Notes: generated by a model not told the origin, from the sequence alone. Positions 40,014 through 49,886 are shown, counted from the first letter of the stretch. The stretch: 59,500 bases of DNA from Pirellulales bacterium (GCA_044342075.1 JBIIQM010000005.1:1-59500), one strand, 5' to 3'. Made by a program: numbers and translations.

Positions 40014-41555
40014 TTACTCGGCCTCTTCGGGCTCGGGCCGCGGCGGCTTCGCCGTGCTGGCGAGCTTCCAATCGCGGCGCTGCCGGGAGCTCGGGATGTC
40101 CATCGCCTTGCGGTATTTCGTGATCGTGCGGCGGGCCACGGTGATCCCGCGCTTGGCGAGCTGCTCCATCAGGTCGTCGTCGCTGTAGGGATCGTCCTTC
40201 GGCTCGGCGTCGATGATCTCCTGCAGCTTGACTCGCACGGCGTCCCAGGCCACCTCCTCGCCGTCGGCGCTCGTCGTGCCCCCCACGAAAAACCTGCGGA
40301 GCGGGTAGAGACCGCGCGGCGTCTGCAGCCATTTGTCGTCGACGGCCCGGCTCACGGTTGTGACGTGCATGCCGATCCGGTCGGCGATCTGCTGCATCTT
40401 CAGCGGCTCGATCGCCTCCGGCCCGTCGGTCAGGAACCTCGTCTGGTGGTCGACGATCGCCTGCGCGGTCTTGAGCAGCGTGCTCCGCCGCTGCTCGATC
40501 GACTCGATGAGCCACTGCGCCGAGTTGATCTTCCGCTTGATGTATTCCCGCGTGTTGGGATCCGTGTCCGGCGACAGGAGCATTTGCCGGTAGATGGGAC
40601 TGATGCGGAGGTTCGGCAGGTCCACCTCCTCCAGCCGCACCTTCCAGCTGCCGTCGGCCTGCTGCTCCACGTAGACATCGGGCTTCACCCGCGGCACGAC
40701 GGGCGTGATGAACATCGCGCCGGGCTTCGGATGGAGCCCGTGCAACTGCTCGCGCAGCCGCTCGATCTCGGCGATCGAGAAGCCGGTCTTCTTTTCGATC
40801 AAGGGCAGGCGATTGCCGGCGAGGTCTTCGAGGTGGTCGCTCACGAGCCGCCGCAATTGCCGCGCGCCCGGCATCTCGGGGCGGATCTGCAGGAGCAGGC
40901 ATTCCTTCAGGTCGCGGGCAGCCACGCCGGCCGGCTCCATTCCCTGCACCACGGCCAGCGCCTTTTCGAGCAGCGCGAGCTGGTCCTTGGGGCCGTCGGG
41001 GTCGACGAGCTCCTCAAGCGGCATCGGCAGATAGCCGTTGGCGTCAAGATTGTGGATCACCTTGTCGGCCGCCTGCCGCTCGGCGTCGTTGAGGTCGTAG
41101 TTGGAGAGCTGCTCGTGCAGGTGATGGAAGAGCGTCTCGGGCCGCTCCTGCATGTTGGCCATCGCGTCGAGGTAGCGATCGGAGGCCTCGTCGATCCGCG
41201 AGGCCGACGGTCGGCTGCGGTCGTCGTCGGAATCGGGATATTCGCTGGCCCAGTCGTACGACCGCTCGAAATCGGCCTGGTTGGCATGCTCCTGATCCAC
41301 CACGAGCGGCTTCTCGTCGACCGTGCGTTCGACGGCCGTGGGGGCCGCCTCCGCCACCGGGGCGCCCGGCTCGCCGCCGGCCTGCTCCCCCTCGGCCTCC
41401 TCCACCTCGAGCGTCTCGTTGTTTTGGATCTCCTGCTCGATCCGCTCCTCGAGGGCGAGCTGGGGCAGCTGCAGGATCTCCATCGACTGGATCATGCGCG
41501 GCGCAAGCATCTGCTTCTGCGCCATCCGCATATCCTGGCCGAACGACATCCGCAT
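40014..41555 (-). CDS. rpoN: RNA polymerase sigma-54 factor
   Basis: QSMEILQL region I, HVTTVSRAV HTH, RpoN box ARRTITKYR. Confidence 0.97.
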   Translation of the reverse strand: MRMSFGQDMRMAQKQMLAPRMIQSMEILQLPQLALEERIEQEIQNNETLEVEEAEGEQAGGEPGAPVAEAAPTAVERTVDEKPLVVDQEHANQADFERSYDWASEYPDSDDDRSRPSASRIDEASDRYLDAMANMQERPETLFHHLHEQLSNYDLNDAERQAADKVIHNLDANGYLPMPLEELVDPDGPKDQLALLEKALAVVQGMEPAGVAARDLKECLLLQIRPEMPGARQLRRLVSDHLEDLAGNRLPLIEKKTGFSIAEIERLREQLHGLHPKPGAMFITPVVPRVKPDVYVEQQADGSWKVRLEEVDLPNLRISPIYRQMLLSPDTDPNTREYIKRKINSAQWLIESIEQRRSTLLKTAQAIVDHQTRFLTDGPEAIEPLKMQQIADRIGMHVTTVSRAVDDKWLQTPRGLYPLRRFFVGGTTSADGEEVAWDAVRVKLQEIIDAEPKDDPYSDDDLMEQLAKRGITVARRTITKYRKAMDIPSSRQRRDWKLASTAKPPRPEPEEAE

Positions 41556-41635
41556 TGCTGGGGTTCCTCCGCGCCCGTGACGGCTCCTGCCGTTCCTCGG
41601 ACGCCTTCAAGGATACCGTGTCGCCGGGATTCCGT

Positions 41636-42235
41636 TCACATCCGCTGGCGGCCGGAAAACGCGTCGGCGAGCATCTCGCGATTTGCCTGCTCCAGCGACG
41701 CGCCCACGGTGAGGCCGCGGGCCAGCCGGGTGATCGTCACCGGCAGGCCGGCCAGCCGCGACGAGACCTCCAGCGCCGTGGCATCCCCCTCGACATTCGG
41801 CGTGGTGCCCATGATGACCTCACGGATGCCGCCCGCCTTCACGCGTTCGACGAGCCGCGGGAGCGTGAGCTTCTCCGGGCCCATACCATCCAGCGGCGCG
41901 ATCCTGCCGCCGAGCACATGATAGAGGCCGCGGTAGTTGCCCGCCTGCTCGAGCGCCAGAAGGTCGCGCACCTGCTCGACCACGCAGAGGACGGAGCGAT
42001 CGCGGCGGCCGTCGAGGCAGATGTCGCATTCGTCCTGCTCGGCGAGGTTGAAGCAGGTCTTGCAGGGATGGAGCTTCTCCTTGACGGCGCGGATCGCATC
42101 GGCGAAGGCGAGCGCCTCCTGATTCGGCATCCGCAGCACGTGGTAGGCCAGCCGCTCGGCCGACTTGCGGCCGATCCCGGGCAGGTCTGCGAAATAATCG
42201 ACGAGCCGGGCGATTGCCCCGCGGGTTTCAGCCAT
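41636..42235 (-). CDS. recR: Recombination mediator RecR
   Basis: LPGIGRKSAERLA, CKTC...CDIC, YHVLGGRIAPLDG, TPNVEGDAT. Confidence 0.96.
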   Translation of the reverse strand: MAETRGAIARLVDYFADLPGIGRKSAERLAYHVLRMPNQEALAFADAIRAVKEKLHPCKTCFNLAEQDECDICLDGRRDRSVLCVVEQVRDLLALEQAGNYRGLYHVLGGRIAPLDGMGPEKLTLPRLVERVKAGGIREVIMGTTPNVEGDATALEVSSRLAGLPVTITRLARGLTVGASLEQANREMLADAFSGRQRM

Positions 42236-44129
42236 CCATGCCTCCCAGGGAGCCTGCCGCGGCCTCTTCACCGGCTGCGGCATCGTCATTGGCCGCGACG
42301 GATGCCGCGGGAACAGTCGTCGTCTCCTGCGGTCGCGGTGGCTCCACCTTCCGCACCGCGGCGTCGAAAAGCGTGCGGGCGTGGGTCACGAGCGGGTGAT
42401 CCATCACCTCCCGCAGGAGCGCCGCCTGCGAGTGGACGGGGCGGGGCCGCTCCGGGGCCGCGGGCTCGCCCGCCGCGCCATTGGCCCGTGCGGCGGCAGC
42501 CGGCGCCGCGGCCACTGCCTCCAACACGATCGCGTACTTGAGCGGCCGGCCGGCGATCTCGCCGAGCACCCGCGCGAGGCTGGCCGCCACCTCCGGCCGT
42601 CGGAGAAACGAGACGGCGGTCGTCGCGTCGCCAGGCAGCGCCACCTCGAGCAGTTCGTCGCGCCAAGACGCCCGCGAAGCCATCGCGGCGAAGTCGGCCA
42701 CGAGTCCGCCCACGGCTTCGCCCGCCTGCAGCCAGGCGGCATGGGCGTCGGCCGGGAGCATCGCGGTAGCCGGCTCGACGGCGGGCTCCGCGACCGGCTC
42801 ACGCGCCGCTTCTATCACTCCTGCGGCGGCTTCATCATCAGCCGACGGGGCGGCGGCCACGGCCGCCGGCGTCAGGTCGGTCGTTTTTTTTTCGCGCTCG
42901 GGATCCGCCGGCCGCGCGGCCGGCGCAGATACGGGGGCGGCAGTCACCGCAGGCAGCCGCCGCGCGGCGGTCGCTGCCGAGGCGGGCTTGTCGGCGGGCG
43001 TGACGTGCACGAGCGCCGTGAGATTGTCGAGGTCCTCAAGCTTCGCCAGCCGCACGACGGCCATTTCCGCGAGCACGGCGGCATGGCCGCTCGTCCGCAT
43101 GCGGGCGAGCGCGTGGTCGATGATCTGCAGCATCGCCAGCAGCGTTTCCGTGCCGACCTCGCGGCCGATCGCGGCGAGGTCGACGCCGAGGCCCTGCCCC
43201 TGCAGGAGCGATTCGGGCCCGCAGCCCACGCTCGCGAGCAGGCAGTCGCGCAGGGCCGCGATCAATTGCTCGAGCACGCCGCCGGGATCGGCGCCGCCGG
43301 CGAGCGCCGCGTCGAGCGCCTCGATCGCCCCGCGCGGATCGCGGGCCGTGATCGCCGCGACGAGCGCGCCCACCTTCTCCTCGCGGCCCGTGCCGATCAC
43401 CGCGTGGACCTCGTCGACGCCGATCGGCCCGGTTGCCGAGCCGAGCAGCTGCTCGAGGAGCGACTGGCTGTCGCGCATGCTCCCCGCCGCCCGTCGGGCG
43501 ATCAGATCGAGGGCGTCCTGCGCCACGCTCGCCCCTTCGGCCTCGACGATCTGGGCGAGCCGGCGGGCGATCGCCGGCGGATCGACGGTCTGAAAGTCGA
43601 ACCGCTGGCAGCGCGAGAGGATCGTGATCGGCAGCTTCTCCGGCTCGGTCGTGCAGAGCACGAACTTCACGTGCGACGGGGGCTCCTCGAGCGTCTTCAA
43701 GAGCGCGTTGAAGGCCTCGCGGGTGAGCATGTGCACTTCGTCGATGATGTAGATCTTGAAGCGGCCGCGGGCGGGCCGCACGGCCACGTTCTGCCGCAGC
43801 TGCCGGATCTCGTCGATGCCGCGGTTGCTCGCGGCGTCGATCTCGACGACGTCGACGTCCTGCCCCGACGAGATCGCGCGGCAGGATTCGCACGCGTTGC
43901 AGGGCTCCGCGGCCGGCCCCCGCTCGCACTCGAGCGCCTTGGCATAGATTCGCGCGGCGCTCGTCTTGCCCACGCCGCGGGCGCCGGTGAAGAGGTAGGC
44001 GTGGCCGATCCGCCCGGTCTCGATGGCGCCGGAGAGGCCGCGGGCCACGTGCTCCTGCCCGACGAGCTCGTCGAACCGCTGCGGGCGGTAGCGGCGGGCA
44101 ACGACTTGGTAGGCGGCCGGCTCAGCCAT
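42228..44129 (-). CDS. dnaX: DNA polymerase III subunit gamma/tau
   Basis: ARRYRP, GARGVGKT, CERG..PCNACESC, EIDAAS, DEVHML, LKTLEEPP, SRC, GSMRD. Confidence 0.97.
   Translation of the reverse strand: MAEPAAYQVVARRYRPQRFDELVGQEHVARGLSGAIETGRIGHAYLFTGARGVGKTSAARIYAKALECERGPAAEPCNACESCRAISSGQDVDVVEIDAASNRGIDEIRQLRQNVAVRPARGRFKIYIIDEVHMLTREAFNALLKTLEEPPSHVKFVLCTTEPEKLPITILSRCQRFDFQTVDPPAIARRLAQIVEAEGASVAQDALDLIARRAAGSMRDSQSLLEQLLGSATGPIGVDEVHAVIGTGREEKVGALVAAITARDPRGAIEALDAALAGGADPGGVLEQLIAALRDCLLASVGCGPESLLQGQGLGVDLAAIGREVGTETLLAMLQIIDHALARMRTSGHAAVLAEMAVVRLAKLEDLDNLTALVHVTPADKPASAATAARRLPAVTAAPVSAPAARPADPEREKKTTDLTPAAVAAAPSADDEAAAGVIEAAREPVAEPAVEPATAMLPADAHAAWLQAGEAVGGLVADFAAMASRASWRDELLEVALPGDATTAVSFLRRPEVAASLARVLGEIAGRPLKYAIVLEAVAAAPAAAARANGAAGEPAAPERPRPVHSQAALLREVMDHPLVTHARTLFDAAVRKVEPPRPQETTTVPAASVAANDDAAAGEEAAAGSLGGMDG
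42884..42892 (-). other. A9 slippery run in dnaX
   Basis: Coding strand GAA AAA AAA ACG; TGA at 42872-42874 in one shifted frame and TGA-TGA-TGA at 42832-42840 in the other. Confidence 0.75.
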
Positions 44130-44160
44130 GGCGTTTCCGGAGGGTCGGCGAGGGCGGCCG

Positions 44161-44268
44161 GATGCCGATGAGAGGCCCACCGCACAAAGAGACGACTGCT
44201 TATGGCTGCTGCGGTTAGGCCCTGACCAAGTTCACAGGTCCCCATCGCAGGGGCCTCTCATCGGCACC
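44161..44268 (-). ncRNA. ffs: Signal recognition particle RNA (4.5S)
   Basis: Long terminal stem (GGTGCCGATGAGAGGCCC / GGGCCTCTCATCGGCATC), helix-8 core GTGAAC..GGTCAGG....AGCAGCC, directly upstream of dnaX. Confidence 0.9.
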
Positions 44269-44331
44269 CGCACCGACAGTGTTTTGTACGCCCCGGGTGC
44301 CATGCGGTCAAAGGCTGCTACATTTCCCGCC

Positions 44332-46848
44332 ATGGCGTCCCCGATGATGCAGCAGTTCGAGGCGGCGAAGGCCCGGTGCCCGGGGGCGCTCGTCCTCTTT
44401 CGCATGGGCGACTTCTACGAGCTCTTCGGCGACGACGCCCGCGAGGCGGCCACGCTCCTCGACCTCACGCTCACCAGTCGCGACAAGGGGCCCGACGCCA
44501 TGCCGATGGCCGGCTTCCCCCACCACCAGCTCGACGTGCAATTGGTGAAGCTCGTCGCCGCGGGCCGCCGCGTCGCCATCTGTGAACAAATCGATGATCC
44601 GAAAACGACGAAGGGGCTCTTGCGCCGCGAGGTGACGCGGATCGTCACGCCCGGCATCGTCGCCGATGAATCGCTGCTCGATCCCGCCCGGCGCAACCAT
44701 CTCGTGGCCGTCTTGCCGCAGGCCGTCGCCTCCCGCGACGCGGACGAGATTCGCGTGGGCCTCGCCTGGATCGACGTGGCCGCGGGGCGGTTCGAGTGCG
44801 CCGTGGTCTCCCGCGACGACGTGGCCGATCACCTGCTCCGCCTCGACCCCACCGAGGTGCTTTGCGCGGAAAAGGATCGCGAGCCGGTCGACGAGATCGT
44901 CCGCATGACCGGCGGCCGCCGTGCCGTCACGTGCCGGCCCGACTGGTGGTTCGACGACACGACGGCGCGGGCGGCCGTGGCGAAGGCCCTCGGCGGCCTG
45001 CGGCTCGAGGGGCTCGGCTTCGACCTGCCCGCCGACCTGCCGGGCGTGCTCGCGGCGGGGGCGATCGTGGCCTACCTCGAGGAGAACGAGCCCTCGGCGA
45101 TCGCCCGCATCGACACCATCGCCGCCTGGCGGCCCGGCCACCGCCTGGAGATCGACGAGGCCACGCGGCGGAGCCTCGAGCTCGTGCGCGGCGTCGCCTC
45201 CGGCACCCGCGAAGGCTCGCTCGCCGGCGTGCTCGACCGCACGAAGACGCCGATGGGCGCGAGGCTGCTCGTCGAATGGCTCTCGGCCCCGCTGGTGGAG
45301 AAGCCGCGGATCGACGAACGGCTCGATGCGGTCGAAGCGCTCGTCGGCGATGAGTCGCTCGCCCGGCGCATCGCCGCGACGCTCACGGGCGTCGGCGACC
45401 TCGAACGGCTCACCAGCCGCGTCGTCTCCGGCCGCGCCGGGCCGCGCGATCTCGAGCGGATCGGCCGCGCCATGGCGGTGCTGCCCGAGCTCGTGGCGGC
45501 GCTCGGCCCGTGCGGCGGTCTGCTGGCCGACCTGCGCGAGCGGCTCGATCCCTGCGACGACCTTTCGAGTCGGATCGGCGCGACGCTCCGCGAGGGCTGC
45601 CCCGTCTTCGCCCGCGATGGTGGCTTCATCCGGCCCGGGTTCGACGCCCGCTACGACGAGCTCGTGGAGATGGCCTCGGGGGGCAAGGCCTGGATCGCCG
45701 AGTATCAGGCCCGCGAGATCGAGCGGACGGGAATCCCCACGCTCAAGGTCGGCTTCAACCGGGTGTTTGGGTTCTTCCTCGAGGTGAGCCGAACGCAGGC
45801 GGCGAAGGTGCCGGCCGATTACATCCGCAAGCAGACGGTGAAAAACGCGGAGCGCTACACGACGCCCGAACTCGACGAGCGGCAGCGGCAGGTGCTCGGC
45901 GCCGAAGACGAGGCGACCCGCCGCGAGATCGAACTGCTCGAGCAGTTGCGGCTCTTCGTCGCCGAACATCGCGTTCGGCTCGACCGGGCGACGGCGGTGC
46001 TGGCCGAGATCGACGTGCTCGTGGCGCTGGCCGACGTGGCGCGGAGCCGCGGCTGGGTGCGGCCCGAGATCACGGAGGGCGCGGAGCTCCTGATCGAGGA
46101 GGGACGTCACCCGGTGCTCGAGGAACTCCTGCCGCCAGGCACGCTCGTGGCCAACGACCTCGCCCTCGCGGGCCGCTCAGGCAACGCGGCGGGCACTCGC
46201 TCCCCTGCCATCCTGCTCGTCACCGGCCCAAACATGGGCGGCAAGAGCACGTTCATCCGGCAGGCCGCGCTCGTTGCCGTGCTCGCGCAGGCCGGGAGCT
46301 TCGTGCCGGCGAAGCGGGCAGTCGTGGGAATCGTCGACCGGCTCTTCGCGCGGATCGGCGCGGGCGACGATCTTGCCCGCGGCGCGAGCACGTTCCTCGT
46401 GGAGATGGCGCAGACGGCGCGGATCCTGAACCGCGCCACGCCGCGGAGCCTCGTGATCCTCGACGAGGTCGGCCGCGGCACGAGCACCTACGACGGCCTG
46501 GCGATCGCGCAGGCGGTGATCGAGCACCTGCAGGCGGGGCCCGGCTGCCGCACGCTCTTCGCCACCCATTATCTCCAGTTGGCCGCGCTCGAGAGGCTGC
46601 CTTGCGTGGCCAACGTGCAGGTGCTCGTGCAGCAGCACCGCGACCAGCTCGTGTTTCTCCACCGCGTGGCCCCCGGCGCCGCCGACAAGAGCTGGGGTGT
46701 GCACGTGGCGCGGCTGGCGGGCGTTCCCGGCGGCGTCATCGAGCGGGCCCGCGACCTGCTGCTCGAGTTCGAAGCGGGCACGGCCGCCGCGCCGGCGAAG
46801 CCGCGCAAGAAGGCCGAGCCCGCCGACCAGCTCCCGCTCTTCGAGTAG
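44332..46848 (+). CDS. mutS: DNA mismatch repair protein MutS
   Basis: FRMGDFYELF, TGPNMGGKST, STFLVEM, DEVGRGTST, FATHY, C-terminal clamp-binding-like QLPLF. Confidence 0.97.
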   Translation: MASPMMQQFEAAKARCPGALVLFRMGDFYELFGDDAREAATLLDLTLTSRDKGPDAMPMAGFPHHQLDVQLVKLVAAGRRVAICEQIDDPKTTKGLLRREVTRIVTPGIVADESLLDPARRNHLVAVLPQAVASRDADEIRVGLAWIDVAAGRFECAVVSRDDVADHLLRLDPTEVLCAEKDREPVDEIVRMTGGRRAVTCRPDWWFDDTTARAAVAKALGGLRLEGLGFDLPADLPGVLAAGAIVAYLEENEPSAIARIDTIAAWRPGHRLEIDEATRRSLELVRGVASGTREGSLAGVLDRTKTPMGARLLVEWLSAPLVEKPRIDERLDAVEALVGDESLARRIAATLTGVGDLERLTSRVVSGRAGPRDLERIGRAMAVLPELVAALGPCGGLLADLRERLDPCDDLSSRIGATLREGCPVFARDGGFIRPGFDARYDELVEMASGGKAWIAEYQAREIERTGIPTLKVGFNRVFGFFLEVSRTQAAKVPADYIRKQTVKNAERYTTPELDERQRQVLGAEDEATRREIELLEQLRLFVAEHRVRLDRATAVLAEIDVLVALADVARSRGWVRPEITEGAELLIEEGRHPVLEELLPPGTLVANDLALAGRSGNAAGTRSPAILLVTGPNMGGKSTFIRQAALVAVLAQAGSFVPAKRAVVGIVDRLFARIGAGDDLARGASTFLVEMAQTARILNRATPRSLVILDEVGRGTSTYDGLAIAQAVIEHLQAGPGCRTLFATHYLQLAALERLPCVANVQVLVQQHRDQLVFLHRVAPGAADKSWGVHVARLAGVPGGVIERARDLLLEFEAGTAAAPAKPRKKAEPADQLPLFE

Positions 46849-46896
46849 GACGGGCTTCAGCCTGTCTCAAGCACGACAGGCTGAAGCCCGTCCTAC
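46845..46896. repeat. GTAG-type REP doublet, copy 4
   Basis: GTAGGACGGGCTTCAGCCTGTC-TCAAGCAC-GACAGGCTGAAGCCCGTCCTAC. Confidence 0.92.
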
Positions 46897-49179
46897 TTAC
46901 CCGCACTGATTCATCTTGTCGCGGGGCGTGCCGGCGGCGACGAGCTCCGGCTCCGGCTTGCCGAACTGCACGAAGGCCACGTCGGGCTCCACCGTCACGG
47001 CGATGCTCTTGTAGGCGGGCGTGCGCGAGAGCGGATCGGCCGACTTCGGCACGAGCACGTTGCTCTCGGGGTAATACATCGCGACGTTGCCCGGTCGGAT
47101 CTGGTCGAAGGCGGAGACCACCTGGTTGCGCATCGTGCCGGCCGAGCTCGTGATCCGGCAGCGGCCGCCAGCGGTGAGGCCCAGCCGCTTCACGTCGTCG
47201 GGGTGCATGAGCACGATGTCGCGCCGCGTCTGGTTGCGATAGAGGTCTTCCTCCTCGTAGACGACGGTGTTGAACTGTCCCTCGCTGCGGATCGTCATCA
47301 ATTGCAGGCTCTTCGGCGCCGATGGCAGGTCGTGCACGAAGAGGTGGGCCTTGCCGTCTTCGGTGGGAAACCGCGGCCGGTCGATCGCCCGGCCGGGGAT
47401 GGAGAATTCCTTCTTCGTCTTGTCGATGTCGGCGATCTGCTCGAGCCCCGGCACGATCTTCGCGATCGCCTGCCGGATCGTGCTCGTATGGCTCATCGCC
47501 TGCCAGTCGATCGGCGTCTGCCGGCCGCTCTCCGCGCCGCCGAGCACCCGCTGGGCGAGATCGGCGATGATCTCCACCTCGCTCCGCGGGCCGACGTGCC
47601 GCGGCGTGCCGCCATCGGAGAGGCGGACGTAGCTGAACATGCTCTCCTGCGTGGAGGGCTCCGGCTCCTCGTCGCGGGCGAGCACCGGCAGGATGATCGT
47701 CTCTTCGGCGCCGAGGCCGCCGGCGTGGCCGGTGTTCAGCGACGTGCTCATGTAGACCACCATGTCGATCTTGCCCATCGCCCGCTTGGCGTAGGCGGCG
47801 TCCGGGCTCGCGCCCCAGAGGTTGCCGCCGAGGCACATCGCAAACCGCATCCGGCCTTCATCGGCCGCGTCGAGGCATTCGAGCGTGTCGTAGCCCTTGG
47901 TGGTGGGCAGGCCGACGCCGAAGTGGTTTTGCAGCCGGTTGAAGACGGCGTCCTTGAGCTTCGGCGTGACGCCGACGGTGCCCATCCCCTGGATGTTGGA
48001 ATGGCCGCGGATCGGCTGCAGGCCGGCGCCGGGCCGTCCCACCATGCCGCGGGCGAGCGCCAAGGCCGCGATGGCCTGCACCGTGGCGGCGCCGTGGAGG
48101 TGGTGCGTCACGCCCATCGTCCAGGCGAAGACGGCCCGCTCGCTGCGGGCATACTGGCCGGCGATGTCGTCGATCTGCTCCCGCGACACGCCCGACTTCT
48201 CCACGATCTCGTCCCAGGAGAGCGCGTCGAGCCTGGCGGCGAGTTCAGGCCAGCCGACCGTGTTGGCCGCGAGGAAGGCCTCGTCGCAGGCCCCGGTCTC
48301 GCGGATCCGCTTGAGCAGGCCATAGACGAGCGCCAGATCGCCCCCCACGTGGGGCTGCACGTAGGTGCTCGCGATCTCGGCGCCGAAGAGCAACGCCCAG
48401 GGATCGCTCGGCACCGAGAAATTCACGAGGCCCGTCTCGACGATCGGGTTGACGACCACCACCTTCCCGCCGCGGCGGCGGACCATCATGAGCGTCCGCA
48501 TCATCCGCGGATGATTGCTCGCCGGATTGCCGCCGATGAGCATGACGAAGTCGGAGTTTTCCATGTCGTCGAGCTTCACGGTGCCCGCGCCCGTGCCCAC
48601 CACGCTCGCCAGCCCCACGCCGCTGGCCTGGTGGCAGTAGTAGGAGCAATTGTTGACGTGATTCGTGCCGTAGATCCGGGCGAAGAGCTGGAGCAGGAAG
48701 CCGGCCTCGTTGCTGGAGCGGCCGCTGAAGTACCAGAAGGTCTCGTTCGGGGCGCTGCGGAGGAGCTTCGTGGCGATCCGCTCCATCGCGTCGGACCAAC
48801 TGATCGGCTTGTAGTGCTGTGAACCCTTCTCGAGCACCACCGGCTGCACGAGCCGGCCCGAGTGCTCCATCTGGTAGGGCGTGAAAGCCTGCAACTGCGG
48901 GATCGAGTAGGTCTCGAAGAACGTCGGCTTCACGGCCCCCTGCATGTCGGCGACCATCGCCTGGAACGACTTCTTGCAGACTTCGGGGAAGTGGCCGGCC
49001 TCGTTCACCATGCCGCCCGCCTGGCCGCCCATGCCGAGGGCGCAGGTCTTGCAGGCGTTCTTCGACCGCATCGCCTTCCAAAACTTCCAGAGGCCGCCCG
49101 CCTCACGGGACTTCTTGAACGTGTACATGACCGCGCGAAAGCCGCCGCCGGTCGTCACCTTGCCGAAAAATCGTCCCAT
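46897..49179 (-). CDS. FdhF/YdeP-family molybdopterin oxidoreductase
   Basis: SGRSSNE, NNCSYYCHQAS, NPASNHPR, RGHSNIQG, TIRSEGQFNT, YYPESN. Confidence 0.92.
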   Translation of the reverse strand: MGRFFGKVTTGGGFRAVMYTFKKSREAGGLWKFWKAMRSKNACKTCALGMGGQAGGMVNEAGHFPEVCKKSFQAMVADMQGAVKPTFFETYSIPQLQAFTPYQMEHSGRLVQPVVLEKGSQHYKPISWSDAMERIATKLLRSAPNETFWYFSGRSSNEAGFLLQLFARIYGTNHVNNCSYYCHQASGVGLASVVGTGAGTVKLDDMENSDFVMLIGGNPASNHPRMMRTLMMVRRRGGKVVVVNPIVETGLVNFSVPSDPWALLFGAEIASTYVQPHVGGDLALVYGLLKRIRETGACDEAFLAANTVGWPELAARLDALSWDEIVEKSGVSREQIDDIAGQYARSERAVFAWTMGVTHHLHGAATVQAIAALALARGMVGRPGAGLQPIRGHSNIQGMGTVGVTPKLKDAVFNRLQNHFGVGLPTTKGYDTLECLDAADEGRMRFAMCLGGNLWGASPDAAYAKRAMGKIDMVVYMSTSLNTGHAGGLGAEETIILPVLARDEEPEPSTQESMFSYVRLSDGGTPRHVGPRSEVEIIADLAQRVLGGAESGRQTPIDWQAMSHTSTIRQAIAKIVPGLEQIADIDKTKKEFSIPGRAIDRPRFPTEDGKAHLFVHDLPSAPKSLQLMTIRSEGQFNTVVYEEEDLYRNQTRRDIVLMHPDDVKRLGLTAGGRCRITSSAGTMRNQVVSAFDQIRPGNVAMYYPESNVLVPKSADPLSRTPAYKSIAVTVEPDVAFVQFGKPEPELVAAGTPRDKMNQCG

Positions 49180-49294
49180 TCCTGCCGCTCCGGTCCGAGT
49201 CCAAACCGTCCGCCAATTGTTTGCTTCCGAAATGGTACCTGCGTTAGGCTTGAAGTCTCAAGTTGATCGGACGATCCTCCCAGGAGTTCCAGCG

Positions 49295-49861
49295 ATGCGT
49301 GCAGCATGTGTGATGGCGGTGGCCTTGGTGTGTGGCATGGCGGTCGTCGCCTCGGCCGAGATGACGAGCGGCCCGCAGGTGGGCGATTCCGTCGGTGCGT
49401 TCACGGTGACGAAGGTCGCCGGCAATCCCGACGACGGCTTTCCGGTCGGCCGCTCCGGCTGCTACCGCTGCAAGACGGGCTCGAAGCCCGTGGTGATGGT
49501 CTTCGCCCGCACCGGCGACGAGAAGCTCGCCAAGCTCCTCAAGAAGATCGAGGAGGAGGTCGAGGAGCATGCCGACGACAAGATGATGGGCTTCGTCAAC
49601 ATGATCGGCGCCGACGCCGAGAGCCTGAAGAAGGCGGCCGAAGGCTTCGCGACGAAGCACGGGATCACCCGGCTCGCCTTCGTGGTGCCGGAGGATGCCG
49701 AGAACGGTCCGCCCGATTTCAAGATCGCCCCCGACGCCGACCTCACGGTCGTCTGCTACAAGGAGGGCAAGGTGAAGGCCAACCATGCGTTTGCCAAGGG
49801 CGGCCTCACCGACGAGAAGATCGACGCCGTCGTCGAGGCTTCCTGCAGCCTGGTCGAGTAA
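49295..49861 (+). CDS. Secreted hypothetical protein with CYRC motif (possible thioredoxin-like fold)
   Basis: Signal peptide, CYRCK...PVVMVFAR, GGAG SD upstream. Confidence 0.7.
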   Translation: MRAACVMAVALVCGMAVVASAEMTSGPQVGDSVGAFTVTKVAGNPDDGFPVGRSGCYRCKTGSKPVVMVFARTGDEKLAKLLKKIEEEVEEHADDKMMGFVNMIGADAESLKKAAEGFATKHGITRLAFVVPEDAENGPPDFKIAPDADLTVVCYKEGKVKANHAFAKGGLTDEKIDAVVEASCSLVE

Positions 49862-49886
49862 CCGGGCGAGCCGCACCGACACAGCC

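Noticed and set aside
40014-41555. Sigma-54 promoters (TGGCAC-N5-TTGC) in intergenic regions
   Set aside because: No convincing intergenic -24/-12 match seen; near matches fall in coding DNA or lack the -12 element
42228-42235. No ybaB between dnaX and recR
   Set aside because: Common variation in gene order and not informative alone
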